Assembly (NCBI GenBank): GCA_944322965.1
Contig: CALUQR010000008.1
Coordinates: 4,418-68,417 of the forward strand
DNA: 64,000 nt
Reading direction: 5' to 3'
Origin: Vulcanimicrobiota bacterium
GTDB lineage: Bacteria; Vulcanimicrobiota; Xenobia; Xenobiales; Xenobiaceae
Made by a program: the position numbers and the translations under genes. This document shows, piece by piece, positions 37,703-49,177 of the stretch; the first letter of the stretch is position 1; every line of letters begins with the position of its first letter. The notes beneath the pieces were generated by a model. It was not told the DNA's origin and ran no database searches. It saw only the letters and a program-made list of their open reading frames with translations.

Positions 37703-38083
37703 TTACTTAACTTCAGCTACCCACAGACCGTGTAAGTTGCAATAGGCGTAAACCTTTAAGGGTTTATCGTCAATAACTTTGAAGCTGACTTTGGGCTCCT
37801 GGCCGGGCTCAATATTCTTGCGCTGACCGCCGTGCTCCGTCTCCAAATAGACCCAGGGGATGAAGTGCTCGGGGGTGGAGGGGTGGAGAATAGAGCCTAC
37901 GCTCACCTGGACCGTATCGCCCTCTACGGTAATTGCGGGCACGTGCTTCTCTTGGGCGGCGTCAATCGCTCCCGGAATAAGAGCGGTCATAGGCTGACCA
38001 CAGCAGACCATGGGCAGACCGGAAGCGTGGATCATACCTACCATATTGCCGCACTTTTGACAGACAAAAAACTTATTAGCCAT
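37703..38083 (-). CDS. dfx: Desulfoferrodoxin (2Fe superoxide reductase)
   Basis: Centre I is CQKCGN...CCG. Centre II ligands lie in EKHVP, HPSTPEH and CNLHGLW. Confidence 0.92.
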   Translation of the reverse strand: MANKFFVCQKCGNMVGMIHASGLPMVCCGQPMTALIPGAIDAAQEKHVPAITVEGDTVQVSVGSILHPSTPEHFIPWVYLETEHGGQRKNIEPGQEPKVSFKVIDDKPLKVYAYCNLHGLWVAEVK

Positions 38084-38385
38084 TACAAAACCTCCACTAA
38101 AATAGGTTCCCTAAGGCCCTTCCCTTTGACCGCTCTCTCTAAACTTCCTCTTTATACCCCCAGACTGCGCCGCCAATCGCTTGCCAAGCGAATTTTAACA
38201 TTCCCCGCAAAAGTCTCCCCTTTTTGGGCGCCAAGGGAGCAAAGCCTCATCTAAATTGTCCGAATGTTCACATTTTTAACAAATTTTAGGGTGGGGGAAA
38301 TGCTAGTATCAATTAGAGCTTGTTTTATGAACAAAGCTTGTGAGGGAATCCCAGACAGTTCTCTACAAGCGAAAGGAGCAGTTTA

Positions 38386-39693
38386 ATGGAAATTCGTCCT
38401 ACTATGGCCTCCGCTACCCCCCAGATTCATACCAGCGCCAAGGCCCCCCAAGCTGCCCAGACCCAGAGCGTAGCTGAGCAGCAGCCCCAAGAGAGTTTCT
38501 TAGCTTCTGCCGATGGTCCGGTAAACTTAATTATTACTAACGATGACAAAGCCAAACTGGAAGAGATGCGGGCTTCTATCTTAGCCAACAACTCCCAGAA
38601 CCAGATCACCGCCGAGTTGCCTTTGATCAATGGCTTCGCCGTCACCGTCAACCCCGGTGAGGATGGCTCCCTGTTGCCCAACCTGGGTCAGATGCAGGAA
38701 GCTGGCACCAGCGTGGTTATGGACCAGCGCTTGGGTATTCCCGACAAGGAGCTCAACGAGCTGCGCGACACTATGCGCCCCTTGATGGACAACGCTAATG
38801 TCACCTTAGGCGTAGACGAGCTGCACGCTCAGGGCATCACCGGTAAGGATACCACCATCTGCGTTATCGACACCGGTATCGCTCCCCACCCCGATTTCGA
38901 AGATCGCATTATCGGCTTCGCCGATATGGTCAACGGCCGCACCGAGCCCTACGATGATCAGGGTCACGGTACGCACTGCGCCGGTATCGCCGCCGGTTCC
39001 GGTAAGAGCTCCGACGGCAAGTTCGTAGGCGTAGCCCCCGACGCCAACTTGGTAGGCGTTAAGGTTCTGGGCGCCGATGGTTCCGGTTCCTTCTCCGGCA
39101 TCATCAAGGGCATCCAGTGGGCCGTCGACAACAAGGATAAGTTTGGCATCGATGTAGTCTCCATGTCCCTGGGCGGCTACGTAATGCAGAGCTACAAGAA
39201 CGACCCCGTGGTCCAGGCCGTTGAAGCCGCTCACGACGCGGGTCTGACCATGGTCATCGCCGCCGGTAACGAGGGTCCCTCCGCGGGCACCATCGGCACC
39301 CCCGGTAACTCCCCCAGCGCCATCACCGTAGGCGCTCTGGATGACAAGGGTACCGTCGATCGTTCCGACGACGAGATCGCCTACTTCTCCAGCCGCGGTC
39401 CCTCTAACGTCGACAAGTTAGAGAAGCCCGACATCTTGGCTCCCGGTGTGGACATCACCGCCGCTTCCCACAGAGGTGATGGTTACGTGACCATGTCCGG
39501 TACCTCCATGGCTACTCCTTTCGCCGCTGGCGTAGCTAGCTTGATGCACCAAGTCAAGCCCGGCGTCAGCCCCGACCAAGTAAAGTCCGTCATGATGGAG
39601 AACGCTGACGCTCTCGAGGGTCTGGATAAGTTCCAGCAAGGTAAGGGCGTTATCGATCCTCAGGAGAACATCGAGTTCTTGATGGGCAAGTAG
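38386..39693 (+). CDS. S8 family serine peptidase (subtilase)
   Basis: Catalytic triad contexts VIDTGI, HGTHCAG and SGTSMATP. The N-terminus is Q-rich and shows no obvious signal peptide. Confidence 0.92.
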   Translation: MEIRPTMASATPQIHTSAKAPQAAQTQSVAEQQPQESFLASADGPVNLIITNDDKAKLEEMRASILANNSQNQITAELPLINGFAVTVNPGEDGSLLPNLGQMQEAGTSVVMDQRLGIPDKELNELRDTMRPLMDNANVTLGVDELHAQGITGKDTTICVIDTGIAPHPDFEDRIIGFADMVNGRTEPYDDQGHGTHCAGIAAGSGKSSDGKFVGVAPDANLVGVKVLGADGSGSFSGIIKGIQWAVDNKDKFGIDVVSMSLGGYVMQSYKNDPVVQAVEAAHDAGLTMVIAAGNEGPSAGTIGTPGNSPSAITVGALDDKGTVDRSDDEIAYFSSRGPSNVDKLEKPDILAPGVDITAASHRGDGYVTMSGTSMATPFAAGVASLMHQVKPGVSPDQVKSVMMENADALEGLDKFQQGKGVIDPQENIEFLMGK

Positions 39694-39754
39694 TCCTTCT
39701 ACTACTAAAAGCCCCGCGAGAGCGGGGCGCCGTATAATATACGTATAAAATAAA

Positions 39755-39788
39755 ATCCCCTCTTGACCTGGTGAGGGGATTTTTTTTA
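39755..39788 (+). terminator. Intrinsic terminator after the subtilase gene
   Basis: ATCCCCTC-N10-GAGGGGAT followed by T8. Confidence 0.8.
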
Positions 39789-39812
39789 TGCGCTATATAC
39801 GATCTTAGCTTA

Positions 39813-40505
39813 CTAATTAAAGATCCTCTTCCACCAGGGGAGGGCCGCCCGCCGTTCGGCCTCTTCTAGGCGGGCGGCCAAGGTCTGGGCCCGCAACTCG
39901 GCCTCTTGGCGACTATCCTTAGCCACTTCGTACTTAGCCCCCAGGCGCAAGATCTCACGCTGAGCCTCTTCTAGCTCCTGAGTGAGACTCTTGACCTTCT
40001 CCTCTTGCTCCTTCTCCTTAGCGCTACCGGCCGTCAAGAGGCGCTGCACCTGCTCTAATTGGCTCTGCATGTAGCCTAGGCGCATAACGGCCGCCTCGTG
40101 GCGCTCTAAGGGCACGGAGTCTACCGCCTGCTGTAAGGGGGTAAATTGGGGCTCGGCGTGGACTTGGTAAGTCTTGCCATTAGGGGAGGGCGAGCCCTCC
40201 CCCGGGGCGCTCCCTAACTCTTCTACGCTCTCTAAGATCTCCGCCGAGGGGATCTCCCGCTCCGCCGAGGCCCGCATACGGGCCCAAGCGCTCGAAGCGC
40301 TAGTTAGATTGTCGATGAAGGTTTGGACTTCGCTCTCAGGGATGCGCACCCCGCCCTTGCCCGTCTCTGCAGGGGGAGCGGCGTGGACTCGCCCCTGGCG
40401 CAAGTAACGGTAGACTTGGCGCTCCGTCTTGCCAATAGCGAAAGCAAACTCGGCCACCGTCAAGAGGCGCGCGCCGCTCTCTGGGGGGCTAGTAAGGCTG
40501 TTCAT
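39813..40505 (-). CDS. Helix-turn-helix (excisionase/MerR-like) DNA-binding protein with a C-terminal coiled coil
   Basis: LLTVAEFAFAIGKTERQVYRYLRQGRV HTH. Heptad-rich C-terminus (EKVKSLTQELEEAQREILRL...). Confidence 0.6.
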   Translation of the reverse strand: MNSLTSPPESGARLLTVAEFAFAIGKTERQVYRYLRQGRVHAAPPAETGKGGVRIPESEVQTFIDNLTSASSAWARMRASAEREIPSAEILESVEELGSAPGEGSPSPNGKTYQVHAEPQFTPLQQAVDSVPLERHEAAVMRLGYMQSQLEQVQRLLTAGSAKEKEQEEKVKSLTQELEEAQREILRLGAKYEVAKDSRQEAELRAQTLAARLEEAERRAALPWWKRIFN

Positions 40506-40518
40506 ATCTCCAGGGGGA

Positions 40519-40866
40519 TTACTGCTGCATTACGTAAGAGATAATGATCGAGAGGCCGATAAAGGCGATAGCTAAATAGTTGCTGACCGTCTTCAAGTTC
40601 TCCTCATAACTCTTCTTGCCTTGGTACTTGTGGTCCAAGGGGCTGCTGCCCCCGCCCAACATACCCTGCAGGCCGCCCTGCTTCTGCTCAGTTTGCATCA
40701 CCACCGCGATGAGACCGATACAGACCATGAGGTAGAGGCTCATTAAGATCCAGCGCACCGGATCGAGCTGAAAGTGGGTAGTCTCGGGGGGGACGGGGGT
40801 GTTGACCCCGGGGGTCGGGGTCTGGGCTAAGAAGTTAGCCACCCGCAGATAGGCATCTAATAACAT
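40519..40866 (-). CDS. secG: Preprotein translocase subunit SecG (N-terminally extended ORF)
   Basis: TM, then QTEQKQGGLQGMLGGGSS, then TM: the SecG architecture. It sits immediately after tpiA. The true start may be the internal Met (MSLYLMV). Confidence 0.7.
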   Translation of the reverse strand: MLLDAYLRVANFLAQTPTPGVNTPVPPETTHFQLDPVRWILMSLYLMVCIGLIAVVMQTEQKQGGLQGMLGGGSSPLDHKYQGKKSYEENLKTVSNYLAIAFIGLSIIISYVMQQ

Positions 40867-40893
40867 TTCCTAATTCCTAATTCCCTAAAATCT

Positions 40894-41643
40894 CTAGTAA
40901 TTGACGATCTGGGCGAAGCTGGGCTTTAAGCTGGCCCCGCCTACCAGAGCGCCGTCAATATCGCTAGTAGCCATAAAACCGGCGATATTCTCGGGCTTGA
41001 CGCTGCCGCCGTAGAGCAAGCGCACCCCTTGGGCGATCTCTTCATTGAAGATCTGGGCTAAAGTCTGGCGCAGAGTCTGCATCGTCTCGTTGGCCGCTTG
41101 GGGGGTATCCGTCTTGCCGGTACCGATAGCCCAAATGGGCTCGTAAGCGATGATCAGCTGACGGCCGTCGCTAATCTCCAAACCGTCTAAAGCGCCGTGC
41201 AATTGGGAGGTGACGACCTTCTCCGTGAGCCCCTGTTCGCGCTCCTCTAAACTCTCCCCTACGCAGAGGATGGGGATGAGCTGATGCTTGACCGCCGCCG
41301 CCACCTTCTTGGCGCAAGTCTCGTCCGTCTCGCCAAACATGGCCCGCCGCTCGGAGTGGCCAATAATTACCACCCGGCAACCGACGTCTAAGAGCATAGG
41401 AGCGGAGATCTCACCCGTAAAGGCCCCGCTATCCTGCCAATACATATCCTGGGCGCCCAAATAGACTTGGGGACGCCCCTCCACCAACTTCTCAATATCA
41501 GCCAAGAGGTGGAAAGGAGGGCAGATAGCCATCTCCCGACCCTCAACTTGGGCGCAGGTCTCCATCAAGCCCTGCACCAACTCCCGAGCCGCCTGGCGAC
41601 CCATATTCATCTTCCAGTTAGCTGCCAAGAATGGAACGCGCAT
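40894..41643 (-). CDS. tpiA: Triosephosphate isomerase
   Basis: AANWKMN, IGHSERR and [11 protein letters not shown] motifs. The ATG at 41643 is preceded by GGAGG. Confidence 0.95.
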   Translation of the reverse strand: MRVPFLAANWKMNMGRQAARELVQGLMETCAQVEGREMAICPPFHLLADIEKLVEGRPQVYLGAQDMYWQDSGAFTGEISAPMLLDVGCRVVIIGHSERRAMFGETDETCAKKVAAAVKHQLIPILCVGESLEEREQGLTEKVVTSQLHGALDGLEISDGRQLIIAYEPIWAIGTGKTDTPQAANETMQTLRQTLAQIFNEEIAQGVRLLYGGSVKPENIAGFMATSDIDGALVGGASLKPSFAQIVNY

Positions 41644-41724
41644 AATACCTCCAAAAAGCCAAGAAATGGTAGCAAAACCGCGGCTGGCGGTCAAGCTACC
41701 CTTTCCCTAAAGATTAAAGTCTCT

Positions 41725-42906
41725 CTACTTAGAAGCCAGAGCCTCGACGCCGGGCAACTGACGCCCCTCGATGAACTCTAAGGAAGCGCCGCCGCCAGTG
41801 GAGACGTGGGTGATCTTGGCGGCTAAGCCGGCCTGGGTGAGAGCGGCCACGGAGTCGCCGCCGCCCACTACGCTGCGAGCCTGAGAGTCGGCTACCGCCT
41901 GAGCTACGGCCCGAGTACCCTGATCGAAGGGCTTCTTCTCAAAGACGCCCATGGGACCATTCCAGAAGATGGTCTTGGCGCTGGCGATAATCTGGCCAAA
42001 CTTCTCCACCGTCTTGGGACCGATATCTAAGCCCATCTTGTCGGCGGGAATAGCCTCCACGTCGACTACCTGGTGGGGAGCGTCTTCCACTAACTCCTCG
42101 GCTACGACTACGTCTACGGGCAAGACGATCTGGGTCTTCGTACCCTTAGCCTTCTCTAAGATGCCCTGAGGCACGCTCAAATCGCCGTCGCAGAGGGACT
42201 TGCCGATCTCCAGACCCTGGACCTTCAAGAAGGGGAAGGCCATGCCGCCGCCCACTAAGAGGTAGTCGGCCTTGCCAATTAAGTTCTGCATAACCCCGAT
42301 CTTATCGGAGACCTTAGCTCCGCCCAAAAGGACGACGAAGGGGGACTGGGGATTATCTAAGAGCTGACCCAGCTCTCTAAGCTCCTTCTCCATCAAGAAG
42401 CCGGCTACGGCGGGCAAGTACTGGGCTACGCCCGTAGTGGAGGCGTGGGCCCGGTGGGCGGCGCCGAAAGCGTCGTTGACGTAGATCTCCGCCAAAGAGG
42501 CCAAATCTTTAGCGAACTGGGGATCGTTGTCCGTCTCTTGGGGATAGAAGCGCACGTTCTCCAATAAGAGGACCTGGCCGGGCTGCAGGGCGGCGGCCAT
42601 CTTCTGGACCTCCTCGCCGATGCAATCGGGAGCCATCTCTACGGGCTTCCCTAAGAGCTCATGTAAACGCAAAGCTACGGGGCGCAGGGAGTACTTGGGA
42701 TCCTTCTTCCCCTTGGGACGGCCCAGGTGGGACATCAAAATAACCGCCGCCCCATTCTCTAAAAGATAATTGATGGTAGGCAGAGCGGCCCGGATGCGGG
42801 TGTCGTCGGTCACCGTCTCCCCATTTAAAGGCACGTTGAAATCGACGCGCACTAAGACTTTCTTACCCTTAATATCGATATCGCGAACCGTCTTAAAGTC
42901 TTTCAT
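41725..42906 (-). CDS. pgk: Phosphoglycerate kinase
   Basis: RVDFNVP, SHLGRPKG and STGGGASLE motifs. Confidence 0.96.
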   Translation of the reverse strand: MKDFKTVRDIDIKGKKVLVRVDFNVPLNGETVTDDTRIRAALPTINYLLENGAAVILMSHLGRPKGKKDPKYSLRPVALRLHELLGKPVEMAPDCIGEEVQKMAAALQPGQVLLLENVRFYPQETDNDPQFAKDLASLAEIYVNDAFGAAHRAHASTTGVAQYLPAVAGFLMEKELRELGQLLDNPQSPFVVLLGGAKVSDKIGVMQNLIGKADYLLVGGGMAFPFLKVQGLEIGKSLCDGDLSVPQGILEKAKGTKTQIVLPVDVVVAEELVEDAPHQVVDVEAIPADKMGLDIGPKTVEKFGQIIASAKTIFWNGPMGVFEKKPFDQGTRAVAQAVADSQARSVVGGGDSVAALTQAGLAAKITHVSTGGGASLEFIEGRQLPGVEALASK

Positions 42907-42933
42907 TCCCCTAATCTTCCTTTCGCTATTCTC

Positions 42934-42965
42934 AAAAAGAAAGCCCGGACTAGCGGCCGGGCTTT
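42934..42965 (-). terminator. Intercistronic hairpin plus T-run between gap and pgk (partial terminator or processing site)
   Basis: On the minus strand: AAAGCCCGG-N8-CCGGGCTTT followed by CTTTTT. Confidence 0.5.
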
Positions 42966-42982
42966 ATAGAACTAGACCCTAA

Positions 42983-44065
<1,083 letters not shown>

Positions 44066-44358
44066 TCAAGCTATTGAAAACTGGAAACTTTGTATACCGC
44101 GCCCGCGGGCGGGATGGTAACTAAAACTTACCCTTATCGGTGGCGCCACTTCGCTAGTAGAAAGCCTATTCCCCCTCTCTTATAAGGGGATAGAAGAGGA
44201 ATTTTTTGCCGCCCTAGACCCTATGGCCCGTACTCCCCCTCTACCCTACCCTTAAGGGGTAATGGAGGCCCTCTTCTAGGCTGCAAAAGAGCTGAAGTGC
44301 TAAAATTAGCTCCCCAATACGGGGGAATTGTGCGCTCTAAAAACGAAGGCCGCCACCT

Positions 44359-45582
44359 ATGCGTCGCTTTCTCATCCTCTCAGTTCTGGCCCTAGTGACC
44401 AGCCTCCTAGCCTTGGGTTGTAGCAGCGCCCCCCAAGGCCCCAAACCGCTTATGGTCTGGTCGGGAATGGACGCCGAGTACCCCACCTTGGTCGCTCAAT
44501 GTCAGCGCTTCACCCAAGAGACGGGGATCCCGGTCGAGGTCCTCAAAGTGCCCTTCCAGGACTTGCGCAATAAGTTCCTCATCGCTGCCCCAGCCAGTTT
44601 GGGACCGGACGTCCTAGTAGGACCCCAAGACTGGATCGGAGTCTTAGTGACCGCCGGCATGTTGGCCCCCATCCCTGAAGGGACGATCGATACTCGCCAA
44701 TTCTTCCCCGTCACCATTGACTCCGTCAAGTTCCAACAGAAGCTCTATATGGCCCCCTTGGCTATGGAGTGTATCGCCCTCTTCCGCAATAAGGATCTCA
44801 TGCCCCAGCGCCCCCAGACGGTACCCCAACTCATAGCCCAAGCCCAAAAGATTCAGCGTCAAAGCCAGGGCAAGGTGCGCGGTTTCTACTTTGAGATTAA
44901 GGACCTCTACTTCTCTCTGCCCTTCCTGACGGCCGAGGGAGCCTACCTCTTAGGGCGCGACGCCCAGGGCAACTACGTGCCTACCGACGTAGGTATCGCC
45001 ACCCCGGGGGCCGTGCGCGGAGCCGAATTTTTGCGCGACTTAGTCCAAAAGGATAAGCTCATCCAGCTGGGCGCTACCGAAAATATCTCCCGCACCATCT
45101 TCTTAGAGAACCAAGCGGCGGTCATCTTAAACGGCCCCTGGTTCCTCAAGCAGGCCAAAGAGGCGGGTATCAATTACGCTATCGATCCCTTCCCCCTGAC
45201 CGCCTCCGGCCATCAGCCCCGCCCGGTCTTAGGGGTCCAAGGCTTTATGATCAATACCTACTCCAAGCGCCCCGCCGAAGCGGCCCAACTCATCAGCTAC
45301 TTAGAGTCGGCCCCCAATATGGCCCAGATGAGCTTAGTCTCCGGCCGCCCGCCCACCAAGATGGCCGCCCTCCAACTCTGCCAAGGGGACCCCGACATCT
45401 TAGCCTTCGCTAAGATCTGCTCCGAGTGTATCCCCATGCCCACCCACCCCGCGGTAGGCCAAATTTGGGAGCCTATGCGCCAGAGTTTGGAGATGATCTC
45501 TAAAGGCCAAGTGGAGCCCGCTCCTGAGCTCCAGAGCGCGCGCGAGCGCATCATCCAAAAGATCAATTTGATGCTCGAGTAA
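44359..45582 (+). CDS. ABC transporter sugar-binding lipoprotein (family 1, MalE-like)
   Basis: Lipobox LALGC. 407 aa. First gene of an operon with two MalF/MalG-type permeases. Confidence 0.8.
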   Translation: MRRFLILSVLALVTSLLALGCSSAPQGPKPLMVWSGMDAEYPTLVAQCQRFTQETGIPVEVLKVPFQDLRNKFLIAAPASLGPDVLVGPQDWIGVLVTAGMLAPIPEGTIDTRQFFPVTIDSVKFQQKLYMAPLAMECIALFRNKDLMPQRPQTVPQLIAQAQKIQRQSQGKVRGFYFEIKDLYFSLPFLTAEGAYLLGRDAQGNYVPTDVGIATPGAVRGAEFLRDLVQKDKLIQLGATENISRTIFLENQAAVILNGPWFLKQAKEAGINYAIDPFPLTASGHQPRPVLGVQGFMINTYSKRPAEAAQLISYLESAPNMAQMSLVSGRPPTKMAALQLCQGDPDILAFAKICSECIPMPTHPAVGQIWEPMRQSLEMISKGQVEPAPELQSARERIIQKINLMLE

Positions 45583-45612
45583 ATTCCAAAGAAGACGGCA
45601 AGGGAAGCTTAA

Positions 45613-46566
45613 ATGAAGAAAGACTCCGGATTCATCCCCTATCTATATCTGACTCCGGCCCTCATCCTCTTGGGGGTCCTCAGCCTACTGCCCAACCTCT
45701 ATTCGGTCTATCTGGCCTTTACTAACTACTCGCTCTACCATTACAACGAGTTTAGCTGGGTGGGCCTGCGCAACTTCATGAAGATCATCAGCGGCCCGGA
45801 GACGGCCACCTTCGTGAGGGTCTTCCTGTGGACTATGGTCTGGGCGGGCGGCTCCGTCCTCTTCAGCCAAGCGGTAGGTATCTTTTTGGCCGTCTTACTC
45901 AATAAACCCGACCTCAAAGGGAGCTCCTTCTACCGCACCCTCTTCATCTTGCCCTGGGCTATCCCGGCCTTTATCTCCGTCTTGATGTGGCAGGGCCTCC
46001 TCAATACGGAATTTGGAGCCTTTAACGTCTTCCTAAAGGAGCTGGGCTTAGACCACGTCCTACAATGGATGCTAGGCCTTATGGGTTACCAACTCGATCT
46101 ACCCATCGCTTGGCTCGATAAGACGGGTTGGGCCCACCTCTCCGTCTTGATGGTCAATATCTGGCTGGCCTTCCCCTTCCAACTGACCGTCTGCTTAGGG
46201 GCCTTGCAATCGGTGCCCAGCGACGTCTACGAAGCGGCGGACGTCGACGGGGCCTCCCCCTGGACCCAATTTAAGGTCATCACCCTGCCCCTCTTGCGCT
46301 CCTCCCTCCTGCCCGTCTTGATCTCTAGTTTCGCCTTCAACTTCAACCAGTTTACGGCCATCTACCTCTTGACGGCGGGCGGCCCCCCCATCCCCGGAAG
46401 CGACGCCGGAGCTACCGATATTCTCATCACCTACTCCTACAAACTGGCCTTCAACTCGTTCCAGTACGGCTTGGCCTGCGCCTACGCCATCTTCATCTTT
46501 ATCCTCGTGGCTACCATCTCCGGAATCAACTTCCGTCTGACCGGCGCCTTCGACGATGTGCAATAA
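45613..46566 (+). CDS. Carbohydrate ABC transporter permease (MalF-like)
   Basis: EAA loop EAADVDGASPWTQFKVITLPLL. Six-TM pattern. Confidence 0.88.
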   Translation: MKKDSGFIPYLYLTPALILLGVLSLLPNLYSVYLAFTNYSLYHYNEFSWVGLRNFMKIISGPETATFVRVFLWTMVWAGGSVLFSQAVGIFLAVLLNKPDLKGSSFYRTLFILPWAIPAFISVLMWQGLLNTEFGAFNVFLKELGLDHVLQWMLGLMGYQLDLPIAWLDKTGWAHLSVLMVNIWLAFPFQLTVCLGALQSVPSDVYEAADVDGASPWTQFKVITLPLLRSSLLPVLISSFAFNFNQFTAIYLLTAGGPPIPGSDAGATDILITYSYKLAFNSFQYGLACAYAIFIFILVATISGINFRLTGAFDDVQ

Positions 46567-46585
46567 AGGGAGGTCCTAAGATAGT

Positions 46586-47446
46586 ATGTCCCGCAAAATG
46601 AGCCTCTGGCAAAAGGTGATGCTCCACCTGCTCCTCTTATTGTGCGTGAGCGCCGTAGTCTTGCCCATCGTCTTAGTCTTCTTTGCCTCCCTCAAGGAGA
46701 GCTCTACCCTCATCTCCACTAGCCTCATCCCCAAGTGGGACGAACTCTCCCTAGTTAACTATAAGCGCCTCCTAACGGAGACCCACTTCTTAAGGTGGAT
46801 CCTCAATACGGTCATCGTCTCCACCTTCTCTAGCGTCATCGCCATCGCCGTCACCGCCCTGGCGGGCTACGCCTTCTCCCGCTTCCACTTCTGGGGGCGC
46901 AAGAATGGTTTGATGACCATGATCCTCTTGCAGATGTTCCCGGCCGCCATGGCGATGGTCGCTATCTTCACCCTCTTGCAACACTTAGGGGCCTGGACGG
47001 GCGGCATGATCGGCTTAAACTCCCTTTTGGGTCTCTCTCTAGTCTATATTGGCGGCGGCATCCCCTTTAATACCTGGATGATTAAGGGTTACGTCGACTC
47101 CCTACCCCGCGAGTTGGAAGAGTCGGCCCTTATTGACGGCGCCACCCCTACCCAGACCTTTGTGCAGATCATCTTGCCCTTGATGAGCCCCATCTTGGCC
47201 GTAGTAGCTATCTTTAACTTCATTAGCCCCTATAGCGACTTCATCTTCCCCTCCGTAGTGATGTTTGAAGAGAGTAAGTATACTCTGGCCGTAGGAATGC
47301 AGAGCTTTATCTCGGGTAACTTCTCTACCAACTGGTCCCTCTTTACGGCTGGTTCCATCTTGGGAGCTATCCCCATTATGGTCCTCTTCTTCGCCCTGCA
47401 GGGCTTCTTAGTAGAAGGCTTGACTAAGGGTGCGGTTAAGGGTTAA
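46586..47446 (+). CDS. Carbohydrate ABC transporter permease (MalG-like)
   Basis: EAA loop EESALIDGATPTQTFVQIILPLM. Confidence 0.88.
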   Translation: MSRKMSLWQKVMLHLLLLLCVSAVVLPIVLVFFASLKESSTLISTSLIPKWDELSLVNYKRLLTETHFLRWILNTVIVSTFSSVIAIAVTALAGYAFSRFHFWGRKNGLMTMILLQMFPAAMAMVAIFTLLQHLGAWTGGMIGLNSLLGLSLVYIGGGIPFNTWMIKGYVDSLPRELEESALIDGATPTQTFVQIILPLMSPILAVVAIFNFISPYSDFIFPSVVMFEESKYTLAVGMQSFISGNFSTNWSLFTAGSILGAIPIMVLFFALQGFLVEGLTKGAVKG

Positions 47447-48035
47447 AGTCCCAGCCCCCTTAAAGGCCCTCCTCTGGGGGGCCTTCTTCCTTTTGCTCCT
47501 CCCCTACCCCGCCCGGGCCGAAGTCTACCCCGAGCCCTATAAGTCGCCCGCCTATCTCCAAGCTTACTACCGGGCGGTGCGCTACTATAACCCTCGCTTG
47601 AGCGACCAGGAGAGCCGGCGCATCGTCTTGGCCCTCTTACATTACGCCCACTCTTACCGCCTCGACCCCCGCCTAGTGACCGCGGTCATCGCCTGCGAGT
47701 CCCACTTTAACCCCCGGGCCGTCTCCCCGGCGGGGGCCATAGGTTTAGCCCAGTTGATGCCCCAGACGGCCCGGGAGGTCAAAAGTAGCGACCCTTACAA
47801 TATCGATCTCAATATTCGCGGAGCCTGTTACTTACTAAAAAAGCATCTCTTAACTTACGGCTGGAGCCAGACCGCCAACTTGCTCCCCCCGCCCCCGGCC
47901 CTACTCTTAGCCCTGGCCGCCTACAACGCCGGCCCCGGAGCGGTAGAGCGCTATGGAGGGATCCCCCCCTATGCGGAGACCCAAAATTACGTGCGCCGAG
48001 TCTTAGAGGAGTATAGGCGCCTCTGTGGGGTGTGA
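47430..48035 (+). CDS. Lytic transglycosylase (SLT domain)
   Basis: Catalytic ES motif in ACESHFNPRAVSPAGAIGLAQLMP, plus AYNAGPG. Signal peptide present. Confidence 0.85.
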   Translation: MRLRVKVPAPLKALLWGAFFLLLLPYPARAEVYPEPYKSPAYLQAYYRAVRYYNPRLSDQESRRIVLALLHYAHSYRLDPRLVTAVIACESHFNPRAVSPAGAIGLAQLMPQTAREVKSSDPYNIDLNIRGACYLLKKHLLTYGWSQTANLLPPPPALLLALAAYNAGPGAVERYGGIPPYAETQNYVRRVLEEYRRLCGV

Positions 48036-48140
48036 GAGAAACTAGAAGGGCTAAATGGGCTCCTATAGCAGGACTCTAGGACCAATAGAGGCAAATAGGG
48101 CCCGATTTAGCGAGCGCTCTGCAAAAAGGGGAAATTAAAC

Positions 48141-49052
48141 GTGAAAATTTACCAGTGGCTTTTTACTCTGCTCCTCGGCCTGAGCTTGGCTGTAACTTTG
48201 CCTAGCTCGGCCCAGGCTCAAGAGCCCGCTCCCATGGGGGAGGAGATGGCCGGAGCTCTGCAAGCCTTTTACGCTGGCCAGTGGGATGAGTCTATCGCCC
48301 AATTTGAAAGTATCTTGGCCCAAGAGCCCCAAAATACCTTGGCTATGGCCTATATCTTAGACGCCTACTACCGCAAGAAGGATGTGGACGGCATCGTCAG
48401 CCAGATCGAGACGGAGACCGCCGCTACCGGCGAGTCGGGGGAGTCTCTGAGCAAGTTGGGGATGGCCTACTTCCTGCGCGGCAAGATCGTAGCTAACGTC
48501 TTAGATGAAGCTTTGACCGAGTTCCGGGCGGCGGTGGAGGCCGATCCTGAAAATTCCATGGCCTACTGCGGCATGGGTTTAGTCTACTTCCAAAAGCGCA
48601 TGATGCCCCGCGCCAAAGGTTTCTTCGTGCGCGCCCTGCGCCTCAACCCCCACGACGTCATGGCTATGGACCGTCTGGGCAATATCCTCTTAGTCGACGA
48701 GAAGAAGCCAGCTGAAGCTAGAGACGTCTACCAGCGCATCGTAGAAGAGTTGCCTACCTATCCCGACGGCCACTACTTTATGGGCTCCGCCCTCTACGAT
48801 ATGGGCCAGTTGGAGGAGGCTATCCCCTACTTAAAGCGCAGCGCGGAGTTAGATCCCCACGGTTACACCCAAGGTTTCGACGCTCTCACCCTCTGCGGCG
48901 ACATCTACCTCAAGACGGGACGCTTTCCGGAAGCCATCGCCATCTATGAGAGCGCCAAGAAGGTGCGCCCGGAGAGTACCTACGTCGACTACAAATTGAA
49001 GTTGGCCCGCGAGGGGAAGAGCGTTCCTCCCACTAAAGTCAACGATCATTAA
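48141..49052 (+). CDS. Secreted TPR-repeat protein
   Basis: Signal peptide ending SSAQAQE. Several TPR-like repeats. Confidence 0.7.
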   Translation: MKIYQWLFTLLLGLSLAVTLPSSAQAQEPAPMGEEMAGALQAFYAGQWDESIAQFESILAQEPQNTLAMAYILDAYYRKKDVDGIVSQIETETAATGESGESLSKLGMAYFLRGKIVANVLDEALTEFRAAVEADPENSMAYCGMGLVYFQKRMMPRAKGFFVRALRLNPHDVMAMDRLGNILLVDEKKPAEARDVYQRIVEELPTYPDGHYFMGSALYDMGQLEEAIPYLKRSAELDPHGYTQGFDALTLCGDIYLKTGRFPEAIAIYESAKKVRPESTYVDYKLKLAREGKSVPPTKVNDH

Positions 49053-49177
49053 GTAAATTCTTGCATCTAGAGGGGCCGCTCTTAGAGGTCTAAACCCTTT
49101 ATAGTAGAAGCCCCCCTGACAAGGAACTGGGAGGAGGGCGTCTTGAGGCCTTTCCTGCGCAGTTTTGTTATACATTC

